64,000 bases of DNA, from assembly GCF_009914755.1 (NCBI RefSeq), contig NC_060947.1. The stretch is one strand, 5' to 3'. Both the position numbers and the translations under genes were made by a program. Shown here piece by piece: positions 44,532 to 57,247 of this stretch (positions are counted from its first letter, which is position 1; each line of letters begins with the position of its first letter). Source of the DNA: the human T2T-CHM13v2.0 reference genome, Homo sapiens. The notes under the pieces were generated by a model that was not told the origin of the DNA, did not search any database, and saw only the letters and a program-made list of their open reading frames with translations.

Positions 44532-47500
44532 ATTTAATTATTTATTTGTACTATATATACTTAAGGTGTACAACATGATGTTTTGAGAAAAATCTACACA
44601 GTAAAATGATTACTACAGTCAAGCAATTAACATATCTATCACCTCACATAGGTTACCTTTCTGTGCATTCAATTTCTACACTTATTCGTCTTACACAACT
44701 GCAAGTTTGTATCCTTTGACCAAGATCTCTCCATTTTTCCCTTTCTGTACCCCTGGTAACCACGATTCTATTCTCTGTACCTATGTATTAGCTTTTTGGT
44801 GGGGAGGTTATCCATCCCCTCAAGCATTTATCCTTTGAGTTAAAAACAATTCAATTATACTCTATTAGTTACTTTTAAACATACAGTTAAGTTATTATTG
44901 ACTATAGTCACCCTGTTGTGGGATCAAATAGTAGGACTTAATCATTCTTTCTATTTTTGTACCCATTAACCATCCCCACATCCCCCCCAGCCTTCCACTG
45001 TACTTGCTGCTCTCTGGTAACCACCCTTCTACTCTCTATGTTTCTGAGTTCAATCGTTTTGATTTTTACCTCCCACAAATAAGTGAGAACGTATGATATT
45101 TTTCTGTGCCTGGCTTACTTCACTTAGCATAATGATCTCCAGTTCCATCCATGTTGTTGCAGATGACAGGATCTCATTCATGTTTCTGGATGAACAGTAC
45201 TCTATACTCCATTGTGTATAAGTACCACATTTTCTTTATGCATTCATCTGTTGATGGACACTTAGGTTGTTTCCAAATCTTAGCTACTGTGACCGGTGCT
45301 GAAACAAACATGAGAGTGAAGATTATCTCTTCAATATATTGATTTATTTCTTTGGGATATATGCCTAGCAGTGGGATTACTGAATCATATGGTAGCTCAA
45401 TTTTTAGTTTGTTGAAGAACCTCCAAACTGTTCTCCACAGTGGTTTTAGTAATCTCCATTCCCACCAACAGTGTACAAGTGTTTTCTCCACATCCTCTCC
45501 AGCATTTGTTATTGCCTGTCTTTTGGATATAAGCCATTTTAACTGGCATGAGATGATATCTTGTTGTGGTTTTGATTTTCACTTCTCTGATGACCAGTGA
45601 TGTTGAGCACCTTTTTGTGTTCCTGTTTGTCATTTGTATGTCTTCTTTTGGGAAATGTCTGTTGAAATCTTTTGCTCATCTTTTGATCAGATTATTAGAT
45701 TTCTTCCTATAGAGCTGTTTGTGTTCCTTATACATTCTGGTTTTGAATCCCTTGTCAGATGAGTAGTTTGCAAATATTTTCTCCCATTCTGTGAGTCATC
45801 TCTTCACTTTGTTGTGCAGAAGCTTTATAATTTGATGAGATCCCATTAGTTCATTTTGCTTTGGTTGCCTGTGCTTATGGGTTACTGCTCAGGAAATTTT
45901 TGCCTAGAGCAGTGTCCTAAAGATTTTCCCCAAAGTTTTCTTGCTATAGTTTCATTGTTTGAGGCCTTAGATGTAAATCTTTAATCAATTTTGATTTGAT
46001 TTTTTAATATGGCAAGAGATAGAGGTCTAGTTTCATTCTTCTGCAGATGGATATCCAGTTTTCCCAGCACCATTTATTGAAGAAACTCCCTCTTCCCCAG
46101 TATGTGTTCTTGGCACCTTTGTTGCAAATGAGTTCACTGTAAGTGTGTGGATTTGTTTCTAGTTTCTCTATTCCATTCCATTGGTCTATGTGCCTGATTT
46201 TATGCTGGTACCATGTTATTTTGGTTACTATACCTCTGTAGTATAACTTGAAGTCAGGTAAAATGATACCTGCAGTTTTGTTCTTTCTGCTTAAGCTAGT
46301 TTTGGCTATTTTGGGTCTTTTGTGGTTCCATATAAATTTTAGGATTATTTTTTCTATTTCTTTGAAGAACGCCACCTGTCTACCTTGTGTTCTATTTTAT
46401 TGTGGCTAAGCTGGCACTTAAACTGCAAGACACAGTCTTTCCCACTCTTTCCTCCCCTTTCCACAAGCAGAGGAGTCTCACCCTGTAGCCACTGCCACCC
46501 CAGGCCATGAGGAGTACTGCCAGACTACCAACCAACATTCTCTTAAGACCCAGGGGCTCTTAAGTCAGCTTGTGGTGAATGTTGCCTGGCCTGGGACTCA
46601 CCCTTCAGAGCAGTGGGCTCCCCTCAGGCCCAGGGTAAGTCCATAAATGCAGTCCAGGTGTCAAGTTTCGGAATTGGGGAACCCAAGAACCCATTTGGTG
46701 CTCTGTCCCTCTGTGGCTGTGTTGATACCTAAGGTGCAAGACAAAGTCCCTTTTACTTTGCCTTCTGCTTTTTTCAAGTAGAAGGAGTTTTGCCTCATAG
46801 CCACCAAAGCTGAGAACGTGCTGAATTTCACCTGCAGCCAGCAAGTCTCAGATGCTCACCAAAGACCCTTAATGTAGTACCTGGGTTTTGCAGCTGGTTA
46901 TTTAGGGCCCAGGGCCTCCTCGGTTAGCAGGTGATGAATGCTGCCAGCACTAGGTCCTTCCCTTCAAGGCATCAGGTTCTCTTCTGGCTCGGGGTGTGTA
47001 TTGAAATATCATCTGGGACCTAGGGCCTCGTATGGGTACTTCATGCTGGCTGGTGCCTTAGATGCAAGACAATGTCCTCCCCACTCTTCCCTCTCCTCTC
47101 CTCAAGCAGGAGGAATGGGTTTGTATTGGAGACTGGAACTGTGTGGCCCGGGGTGTTATAGGACGGGTGACACCAGCACTCCCTTGGCTGCCCAGCTGAC
47201 GTCTCAGTATGTCACGTACCACCCCCAGTCCACTGACTCTGGGCCTAGTTCAGCACTGGGCCTTGCCTATGAGTTGCAGTCCTTATGGCCTAGACTGCCT
47301 TTCAAGTTCATTTAGAGACACAGAGCACTGTAGCCCTTGGTGGTGAGGTTTACAGGAACTCAAGGTTTGACCACTGGGATCAGCAATTCTCCTCTGGCTA
47401 GCACTAGTTTAAATGCTCCCTTAGTAAGCAGGTGTCAGCTGAGTTTGGTCCACTTTTCTTTTCTGCTCTAGCAGGACAACACTAAGTTCGGTTCCGCATA

Positions 47501-47792
47501 ATTGCTGTGCTCTCCCTCCCCTGCAGCATCTGGAGATGCTCTCGGCACCAAGCTGCTGCTGTTGGGGGTGAGGGAGAGGTGACATTGGCTATTCAAGACT
47601 TTTTAAAAATCTCTTCAGTGCCTTTATCAGTGATATGAAGTTAAAGCCAGGTGCCACGAGTGCTCACCTGATTTTTGGTTCTTACAAAGGTATTTTTTTT
47701 TTCTGTGTAGATAGTTGTTTACTTGGTGTCCTTGAAGAGGGGGAGGATTGGTGGAGCCTTCTATTCTGCCATCTTGCTTCACCTATCTATCA
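44532..47792 (-). mobile_element. L1MA/L1M1-like element retaining both ends, with a large internal deletion (ORF1 and most of ORF2)
   Basis: 5'UTR (~46380-47790, homologous to 58852-60330) joined to the ORF2 3' part (ORF 46004-46375, minus) and 3'UTR. TSD catgtggaagttttt (44517-44531) / cacgtggaagttttt (47793-47807). Confidence 0.8.
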
Positions 47793-48872
47793 CACGTGGA
47801 AGTTTTTTCTTTACATTTTTAATTCATAAAATTATTTTTCCTGCTAAAAAATAATGCATAGCAAAAGCCTTTTGCCAGGATGGATTTCAGTCAACATGAT
47901 CAGCCTCCTTTTTGAAGTACATTATTATCGTGACCAAGAGATTGTGTGAAACACTTCCAGTGCCCTGTGAGGGACTATAAAGGTAACCAATTATGGAAGA
48001 GAAGAAATAGAAGGAGCTAATCTTCTCTGTCCTGGCTTGCCTTTGCCCCGAACTCTTAAAAGAATTAATTCACTTCTCTGGGAGATACTGGGAAACTGAG
48101 GTCGTTATTGGCAGCCTTCAAACACTGTTCTTAATTTATGGATAGTTACTAAACCACATAATCACCGAGTTATCCCATTACAGGGCTCAGCAGAACCTAG
48201 GTCTGCAGCCCTGGGTGTGAAGTTCAATTGTGAGAGGTTTTGAGAGTGTTTATTAAAGAGGGCGTGAGTGTGCCCAGCCATCATGCAGACCATTTAGGCT
48301 CCCAACACACAGCCGAACGAAAGGATCCCATGCATAGGATTTGGCATTTATCCATTGAAATAATTTCCTTTCATTGATTTAAAATGATAATTCAATTAAA
48401 ATAATTATTCCAATCAAACTTCATATCTTTTTGGCAGGCTCCGGGGGGGGGGGCCTCTGCCCTCAATGTTATTTTAGTATTTGCTTCATTTGTTTTCTCA
48501 CTGGGCTGACTTTGGCTCTCTGACTCTTTGGAAAATTTTATGTCATTGAGCAATTACTGCACCCTTCTGGAGCTTTCCACTCAAGATGCAGAGAACAAGG
48601 GAAACAAAATATCCTAGAGAAATGTTGCACTTTGAATTCTGACCAGTGGAGGCCAAGAAATAACTGAGAATGGAATATGGTTGGGGTCACCCACCCATTC
48701 ACCTAAATGTATACGTCCAAGAGGCTAGCCAGCCTGTGTTAAAGCTGTAAGGTGAGGATGAATGATAGTCTCACCATCTGATTCCTATCTTTTTAAAATT
48801 TCTTCATTTTTCTTTCAACGGCTGTTGTACTCTTGAAATGTATAACAGTTGTATCAGATCTCAGAAAATCTC

Positions 48873-49185
48873 TGATATGGTTTGGTTCTGCATCCCCACC
48901 CAAATCTCATGTCGAATTGTAATCCCTATGTGTCAGTGGAGGGGCCTGGTGGGAAATGATTCGATCATGGGGGTGGCCTTCCTTCTTGCTGTTCTCATTA
49001 TAGAGTTCACATGAGAGCTGATGGTTTAAAAGTGTGGCACTTCCCCCCTCACTAGCTCTCTCTCCTGCCACCATGTAAGACATGCCTTGCTTCCCTTTCG
49101 CCTTCTGCCATGATTGTAAGTTTCCTGAGGCCTCCCCAACCACACAGAACTGTGAGTCAATTAAACCTTTCTTGTTTATTAAAAT
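48873..49185 (+). mobile_element. MST-type MaLR LTR, 3' end missing
   Basis: 'tgatatggtttggttctgcatccccacccaaatctcatgtcgaattgtaatccc'...'cagaactgtgagtcaattaaacct'. Confidence 0.85.
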
Positions 49186-49914
49186 AAATAAATAATGCAA
49201 AATCAACATGGAAAATTCAAAAACTGCAGAAAATACAAGCCAGTCAATTCTATTCTCGCGCACAATATAACAACTGTTAACATATTGATGTATTTTGTCC
49301 TTTGTTTTGCAATACATATTTTTTCACATATTTGTGATCACATGGTGCACTTCAACATTTATCCCCTATCTACTTTCATTATTGCTTTGAGAAATGAGCC
49401 TAGTGAAATGTGTACCAGAGCACTGATCTATCTCTTAAGGTACATCTTCCCTCCCCTCTTAACCTTCTTTTCCCTGGAGCTCAGCCCCATCATCAATTGA
49501 GCCTGAAGACAATGAAATCATTAAGAAGAAAAGCTATGAAAAAAAGGCTTGAAGTGTCCATCATCTTGAAGTGTCCATCCATCACCATAAAGCTTACTGT
49601 TGTCTCTCTCAGGGTTACATGGAATGAATCAATACCGCAGCAACAGTTGAATTTCATCTTTGTAAATAAGGTCATGAATAAAAACAGAGAAGTTAAAGAG
49701 ACTAAGCACTCTTCTAATCAAGTATCTGACCCCTTCACCACATCACAGGAGATCTGTTATGCTGTCACAATCTTCTCAATATATAACCTCTTTCATGTTG
49801 TTAATAGAACAACACACCAGTTCTCCAGAAAGTAGAAGGCTGTGTTGCCACTGTTAGGGCATGATCATTAATACTGTAAAATCATTCCAGGCTGAACGTT
49901 GTATTTTAAAAGCT

Positions 49915-50042
49915 GTTGGGCATGGTGGCACACACCTGTAACCCCAACTACTCAGGAAGCTGAGGTGGGAGGATCACCTGAGCCCAGGAGTTCAAGGCCA
50001 ACCTGGGCAATACAATGAGACCTCTGTCTCTAAAAAATAAAA
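49915..50042 (+). mobile_element. FLAM/Alu monomer
   Basis: 'gggcatggtggcacacacctgta..gaggtgggaggatcacctgagcccaggagttcaaggcca' followed by an A-rich tail. Confidence 0.85.
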
Positions 50043-50119
50043 ATTTGTAAAAAGACAATGATACAAATTGCATCTATAAGCAGTGTGAAGCCTGTTTAAA
50101 GCATCAGGAAACAGAAGCT

Positions 50120-50503
50120 CTGCATTAGTCCAGTCTCACACTGCTATAAAGAAACACCTGAAACTGTGTAACTTATTTTTTAAAAAAAGAGATTTAATTG
50201 GCTCACGGTTCCACAGGCTATACAGGAAGCATGGTCGGGGGAGGCCACAGGAAACTTACAATTATGGCAGAAGGTGAAGGGGAAGCTGGCATGTCCTACA
50301 TGGCTGGAGCAGGAGAAGACAGAGCAAAGGGGAAAGTGCCACATGCTTTTAACCATCAGATCTCATGAGAACTTACTATCATGAGAACAGCAAGGGGAAA
50401 ATGTACCCCCATGTTCCAATCACCACCCGCCGGGTCTCCCTCAACATTGGGAATTACAAGTCAACATGAGATTTGGGTAGAGACGCAGAGCCAAGCCATA
50501 TTA
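50120..50503 (-). mobile_element. MST-type MaLR solo LTR
   Basis: 'tgcattagtccagtctcacactgctataaagaaacacctga'...'aacatgagatttgggtagagacgcagagccaagccatatta'. Confidence 0.85.
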
Positions 50504-50596
50504 AGCTCCATCTATTCCAAAGTCCCCAGCCAGCAAAAGCTGATAGATCCAAAACTTGCAAATATAATAAATATAAAGGAGTTATTGTCCTATACA

Positions 50597-50942
50597 GCAG
50601 TTGTCCCCAACCCCCAGGCTATGGACAGGTACTGTTCCATGACCTGTTACAATAGTGAAACCAGGCCACACAGCAGGAGGTGAGTGGTGGGCTAGTGAGT
50701 GTTACCTCCTGAGCTTCACCTCCTGTCAGATCATCAGGCATTAAATTTTCATAGGCGTGTAAACCCTATCGTGAACTGTGCATGGAGGAATCTAGGTTGC
50801 ATGCTCATTATAATAATCTGGTGCCTGATAATTTGACATGGAACAATTTTATCCCAAAATCATCTTCTCCCATCTCGCAGTCTGTGGAAAATTTGTCTTC
50901 CATGAAACGGGTCCCTGATGCCAAAAAGGTTGGGGACCGCTG
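50597..50942 (+). mobile_element. MER1 (Charlie3-derived) DNA transposon
   Basis: Termini 'cagttgtccccaaccccc' and 'aaaggttggggaccgctg', with a duplicated 'ctataca' flank. Confidence 0.85.
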
Positions 50943-53249
50943 CTATACAACTTTATAAAGTCCCTGTGCCTGGGAAATGTACCGGTGCGCATATGTGTTC
51001 TGTTGCGGGAAGTGCTATTTGATCCAACAAAGCCCAAAGCCCCACATTTAAAAAATGTTTGCTGAAGGTAAGATCCACAGATACACACTGCAAGATCTAC
51101 CAAGGCAACAGCCTTGATGACCATGGTAGCAAGCCTGAAGTTGCTGAAATGTTGAGTAGGTATCAGATAAGAGACCTGCTGCTAATACCCTTGTGAATCA
51201 TTAGGTCGCAGTTTTCTCCTTTACATGCTCATTATTAAAGTGCCTTAGACCCCCTTGTGTACAGATGAAAAATAATACATTAAAAGAAAAAGAAATCACC
51301 TTAAGCCAGTTGTTCTTTGGATCTAACTGTGATTGAAAGTGCTATTAGGACAAAAGCAGAAAGAAACAGATTATTCAAAGCCTGTAACATTAGTCACTAA
51401 TAGATTCTGTGGGAGAACTAAATGTAATCAGATAGGTACATTGTATGATGTCAAATTAACCCATCTTTTCAAGGACTATGGTACTGAGAAAAACGAAGCA
51501 AAAATGTGTGTAGTTGTGAATCCAAAGGTTTACAGTTATGAACAATACTCAATTCGTGCAATTTACTAGAATGACCTGAAGTAAAAGTAGCCAGTCCCTT
51601 AGGCAGGAAAATATTTGGCTAAAACACGGCAAGAAGCACAAACCAACTCTTGAGGAAGTGTGAGTGTTATGAGAAGCCAGTTGGGGTGGAATAATTTGTT
51701 AAATGAATGTTTTCTTCTACCTTCACCTTGATAAACAAGCACCTCTGAAGTGAGCAGAAGCCTTAAGGAACAGCTATCTTGTGCAAGGATGATGACCAGA
51801 CTTCAGTAAACAAGTGGTTGAACTCAAAGGACCCTCCTAAGGCTAATATTCACCAAAGGTTTCTTCTAAGGCTAATCCACTAATTTATATCAAAGCATCA
51901 ATGAGTCCAAATGCCCAATATAATAGATCCAACATAGAAAAGATAATTTAAATATGGAAAAATATTGAACTATCTTATAAGTTTTCCCCAAATTTAGTCT
52001 TGCTGTTTCAGAATAACTGGAAAAAGACTGATACTGTTTTTCATGCTGGGGGCAGGGATTTACAGAGTATTCTTTAGGCCATTCTGTAGTTTCTGTTTGG
52101 ATTAGAGAAAAATAATTTGGAAAATTCATTCTCAATTTCCATTTGTCATCTTTCTATATCAAAGACAGATGGAATTAGATGCAAACATATGGGAAGATTT
52201 TTTTTCGAAGCCTAAAATGTCTTGTATATTTGTGTATACTCTCATTAGTATACAGGACGGGACTGTCACTTGGCTGTCACCTTAAAGTAATTTCATCTGG
52301 GACATAGAGAGTATCTAGGCCTAGGTTAATTCCACCATAGGAAAAATGAAGAATATATAGAACAACTTCACTAAGCAGCCTGTTTTTTCTCTACCATTCA
52401 TAAAAACTACTTCTGACCAATGTGCTCAGGGCAGTTTCAGCTGCACTCCTCTGGTGCTTCTCTCTCAGCAAACTTTGGACCCTATATCAGGTGTACAGGA
52501 TTTTCCATGGCACAATTGCTTGCAAAATCAATTTCTGCGTTATCTTTCCATTTGTATGGTTATACTCATCTCTCATTTTTGAAATTGAACCAGTCATATG
52601 CTTTCTCATCAACATTTGAGGTCTGTTTGCCACAAAACACTTATTGTCTTTAAATAAGCTCCCCAGGATTTACCTTATCTAGTTGCCATCACTACCCACC
52701 AATAAACATTTTAATATAAAATATTTCTTTACATAGTTGGCAGGACGGGTTTCCCACGTTCAGTGGTAGTAGATTAAGTTTGATTCCTCTATTTGTTTGT
52801 ACCCACCTCCCTGAATCACTCCTTCCCCAGTGTCAGATAAGAAGTGAAAGAGGGTACCATTCCAGCTATTTTAAGTTAAAATGAAACCATGAAAGATTAA
52901 GAAGAAAATATGGAAGGATATTAATCTTTTCTCAGAGTGGAATAGGCTTTTGTAAACACAAGAGCAAAAAGGAAAAGTCATGAAATAAAAGATGTGTGGA
53001 CCTAACAACTAAAAAATACAAATCTTCTGTATGTTGAAACAAAATTAAATTGTAAACAAGAAGCTGGGAAAATATATTTACCAAACATATGTAATACGTG
53101 AAAAGATAATAGATAAAAACATAACTTAGTAAGTTAGCCAACAACAGCACATGGTCTTTTGCCCATTTATCTATTTGAATATAAAACTTTTTTGTATTGG
53201 TTTGTAAAAGCTATTTGTATATTAACAATATTAACCCTTTTTGTGCGTC

Positions 53250-53720
53250 ACTGGCAAAATGACACAAGGGTAGGGGTAGTAATGTGACACAGTCTTGCAA
53301 GCAAGTATCTGCTGGAGGAGAGAGGCATTTCTAGGAAACCTGGTTATGTTAATTAAAAATACAGACATCACATATATTTATTCATCTCATTCTTCCTGCC
53401 TTGGACAAGGATGGGATGGCTGAAGCTGGGGCAGTCATCTTGCAAACATGATATCATTGAGCTGCTCAGACCAGGACTTACACCATTGGCTCCTCTGCTT
53501 CCCAGGCTTTCAGACTTGAACTGAAATTGCAACACTGTTCAATTCCTCAGCTTGCAAATAAAACAATTTGATTCCTCAGCTTGCAAATAAAACAATATCA
53601 GCAGCTGCTTACTTCAAGACATCTGTTTGTGTGAGGAAAAAATAAACCCTTATTAGTTTAAGCCACTGTTAATAAGGTTTCAGATACTTTGAGCCAAAAA
53701 CATTTCTCACGGATGTTCCT
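53250..53720 (+). mobile_element. Old MLT1-type LTR fragment containing an MLT2-derived insert
   Basis: 'gatggctgaagctggggcagtcatcttgcaa'...'aataaacccttattagtttaagccactgtt'. Boundaries approximate. Confidence 0.55.
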
Positions 53721-53792
53721 CACATGATTAAGCAATTCACACACAAAAAGTGAGATACAGATGGACAATAATTATGAATATTATTTCACTTC

Positions 53793-54260
53793 TGTGATAG
53801 TTAATTTTATATGTCAACTTGACTGGGATAAAGCATGCCCAGATAGCTGATGAAACATTATTTCTGGGTGTTTCTGTGCGAGTATTTCCAGAAGAGATTA
53901 GCCTTTAAATTGGTAAACTCAGTAAGGAAGATTATTGTCACCAATGCAGGTGGGCATCATCCAATCCTGTTAAGGGCCTAAATAGAACAAAAATGCAGAG
54001 AAAAGATCTATTTGCTTCTATTTGAGCTGAGACATCCATCTTCTCCTTCCCTAGGACATTGGTGCTCCTAGTTTTTGGGCCTTCGGGCTCAGACTGGGAC
54101 TTACACCATTGGCTCCTCTGCTTCTCAGGCCTTCAGACTTGAACTGAATTGGACTGAATTGCAACACTGGCTTTCCTGACTCCTCAGCTTGCAAATGACA
54201 GACCATGGGATTTCTAGGTCTCCATAATCACATAAGTGAATTCCTATAGTAAATCTCCTC

Positions 54261-54291
<31 letters not shown>

Positions 54292-54486
54292 TACATATGC
54301 ATTGATGTATAATTCCATTTATTGATATTGAATTTATATATATGTGTGTTTGTGTGTGTGTGTGTATATATATATACACACACACACACATATATATATA
54401 TACACACATACATACATACATATATATATATACACACATACATATATATAACTGGTTCTGTTTCTCTGGAGAACCTAACTAATACA
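53793..54486 (+). mobile_element. MLT2 (ERVL) solo LTR with an internal TA/CA microsatellite
   Basis: 'tgtgatagttaattttatatgtcaacttgactgg'...'tggttctgtttctctggagaacctaactaataca'. TSD acttc/atttc. Confidence 0.9.
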
Positions 54487-54524
54487 ATTTCACAAATAAT
54501 AAAATACATTAAAAATAAGATAGC

Positions 54525-54870
54525 CACCTTGAAGACACTATGCCAAATGAAAGAAGCCAGTCAAAAAGGACAAATATTGTATGAGTCCGCTTGTATGAGG
54601 TCCCTAGTGTAGTCCAACTCATAGGGACAGAAAGTAGAAGAGTGGTTGCCAGGGGCTGAGGGAAGGAGGAATGGTGAGTTAGTGTTTCATGGGTACAGAG
54701 TTTCAGTTGGGAAAGATGAAAAAGTTCTGGTGACGGATGGTGGTGATGGTTGCACAACAATATGAATGTACTTAATGCCACCGAACTGTACACTTAAAAA
54801 TGCTTAATGGTAAATGGTAAAAGTGGTAAATGTTGTATTATATATATTTTACCACAATAAAAAAAGTTAA
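54525..54870 (+). mobile_element. L1MB-type 3' end
   Basis: 'gggtacagagtttcagttggg..aatatgaatgtacttaatgccaccgaactgtacacttaaaaa..ttttaccacaataaaaaa'. Confidence 0.85.
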
Positions 54871-55299
54871 AAATCAGAACAAAAGAGTATTTTAAATAAT
54901 AATTAATACTATTTTTCAATTTTAAAACTGACTACCTTTAAACATTTCTTATTAATTTTGTTAATGATGGTCTGCTGGTTCTGAGTGTGGGGAAACAGGG
55001 ATTCTCACATACTATTGGGGGCAGTCTAAACTGGCCAAACCACTTTAGAGGGAAATATGGTCAACTGTACTCAAAAGTTTATACACTTTAACAAAGTGAT
55101 CCTACTTCTAGGAATACAGCCAATAAAATAATCAAAATTGTAGATAATGTTTTGTGTCCGAAGATGTCCATAACAGCATTGTCTATAATATTAAACCATT
55201 TGAAACAGCCTATGTGTCCAGAAAGTGGTTGATTAAAATGCATTTCTATGTATTCCTTCCATGGAACACTGTATCAGCATGATGAAAAATGGAGTAGAT

Positions 55300-55485
55300 T
55301 AGCTCTGCATATTTGCTGCTCATTTGAATCACCTAGAGCGATTTTACAATTCCTAGTGCCAGCCTTATCTCATATCCAGTAAAGCAGTATTTCTGGAGGT
55401 GGGGCCCAGGGATCAGTACTTTTTACATCTACCCTCTCCCCCACCACCCACTGATTCTAATGTGCAGCCAAGTTTAAGAACTACT
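55300..55485. mobile_element. MER5A-like hAT element
   Basis: 'gaatcacct..ggtggggcccaggg..tgattctaatgtgcagccaagtttaagaactact'. Confidence 0.6.
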
Positions 55486-56202
55486 TATGTAGATTTCTAT
55501 TTATTGACATGGAAAAAATATAAATATTCACTAGAATTTGATGATAAAAGCAGATTATAGAACAGTCTGTATAGCATGAGCTCATTTAAAAATATAAATG
55601 TGTGGGCCTTCTGAGTAAAGATGATGGATTGAACACCTACATTTGCTTTTACTTCCCCCTGAAACTCCACTAAAACAACAATAAAAAGATATTTTAAAAA
55701 GTGCAAACTGATGAGGAAAAAATAACTGGGGGGGGAGGAACAGCAACAGAATTTTGGAAATTAGAAAGCATTTGAATGGTGACTTAGTAGAATGAAGTTG
55801 AATCTCAAACCAACAGTGGTTGGTAAGCAAATTTACAATGCAGAACTCCCATCCTTTATGATAAACTAATTAGCAGACATGGATACCTCTGGAAGGGATG
55901 AAAGAAAATATCACTAGAAAGTTTATTTAGGAAGCAGTTAAAGCTCCATATTCTTTCCCCAACCCCAGCAGGAGTTAGTTTATTTTCTGAAGAGAATAAA
56001 ATAAAGTGTCTCCAGACATAGTCACCAGACACAGTTGTGGACTGATGGTGCTGTGCTAATAGTGGATGGATTCGGTTAATGCCAAGATCTCCAGCTCCTT
56101 TTCCCTACTTAGTTTCCAGAGTTGTATTTGCCTGGTTTATAATCTTCCAGGAAGGAATTTGGGAGCAATCTGAGTAGCCCAAGAAGAGAGACATAACGGT
56201 AC

Positions 56203-56580
56203 TTGTTATAGGCTTATCGGGCTCTCCAAAAATTCATATGTTGAAGTCTTACCACAGAATGTGACTGTAGTTGGATATAAGATCTTTGAAGAAGTAATTT
56301 AGGTAAAAATGAAGTCATTAGGGTAGGCCCTTTTCCTATATGACTGGCATCCTTATAAGAGAAAATTTGGACACAGACACATACAGAGGGAGGGCTATGG
56401 TGAAGATACAGGGAGAAAACATCCATAAACAAGCCAAGGAGAGAGACTTTAGAAGAAACAAACCCTGACAACACCTTGCCTTGGACTTCTGACCTCTAAT
56501 ATTGTGAGAAAATAAATTTTTGTTATTTAAGCCACTCAGTATGTGCTACTTTGTTATGGTAGCCCTAGGAAACTAATACA
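56203..56580 (+). mobile_element. MLT1B-like MaLR solo LTR
   Basis: 'ccaaaaattcatatgttgaagtc..gactggcatccttataagagaa..tttaagccactcagt..gcccta ggaaactaataca'. Confidence 0.85.
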
Positions 56581-56719
56581 GTACTATACTAGAAATCTCC
56601 CTGAAATGGCCTCACCATACATGCACGCTGCAGTGAAACTGTAAGTTGACAAGACCTACACACTCTTAGATATTCCAGTTAACTTCTGGTCCCCCTCTTT
56701 TAAAAATTAGCAGATATCC

Positions 56720-57247
56720 CCTTCCTGTGTCCATGTGTTCTCGTTGTTCAATTCCAACCTATGAGTGAGAACATGCAGTGTTTGGTTTTGCGGTGTTTGG
56801 TTTTTTGTCCTTGCGATAGTTTGCTGAGAATGATGATTTCCAGTTTCATCCATGTCCCTACAAAGGACATGAACTCATCATTTTTTATGGCTGCATAGTA
56901 TTCCATGGTGTATATGTGCCACATTTTCTTAATCCAGTCTATCGTTGTTGGACATTTGGGTTGTTCCCAAGTCTTTGCTATGGTGAATAGTGCCGCAATA
57001 AACATACGTGTGCATGTGTCTTTATAGCAGCATGATTTATAGTCCTTTGGGTATATACCCAGTAATTGGATGACTGTTGTGGGGTGGGGGGAGGGGGGAG
57101 GGATAGCATTAGGAGATATACCTAACGCTAAATGACGAGTTAATGGGTGCAGTACACCAACATGGCACATGTATACCTATGTAACAAACCTGCACATTGT
57201 GCACATGTACCCTAAAACTTAAAGTATAATAATAATAAAATTAAAAA
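56720..57247 (+). mobile_element. Short 5'-inverted (twin-primed) LINE-1, L1PA3/4-like
   Basis: Inverted segment ~56720-57072, then the sense 3'UTR from ~57073 to the A-tail. Perfect 18-bp TSD aaaaattagcagatatcc (56702-56719 / 57248-57265). Confidence 0.95.

Noticed and set aside
46370-46395. Spliced L1 (SpIRE) explanation for the 5'UTR-ORF2 junction
   Set aside because: On the minus strand the candidate donor 'aag|gtagac' is retained before the junction, and the ORF2 side does not begin at an obvious acceptor. A DNA-level deletion fits better.
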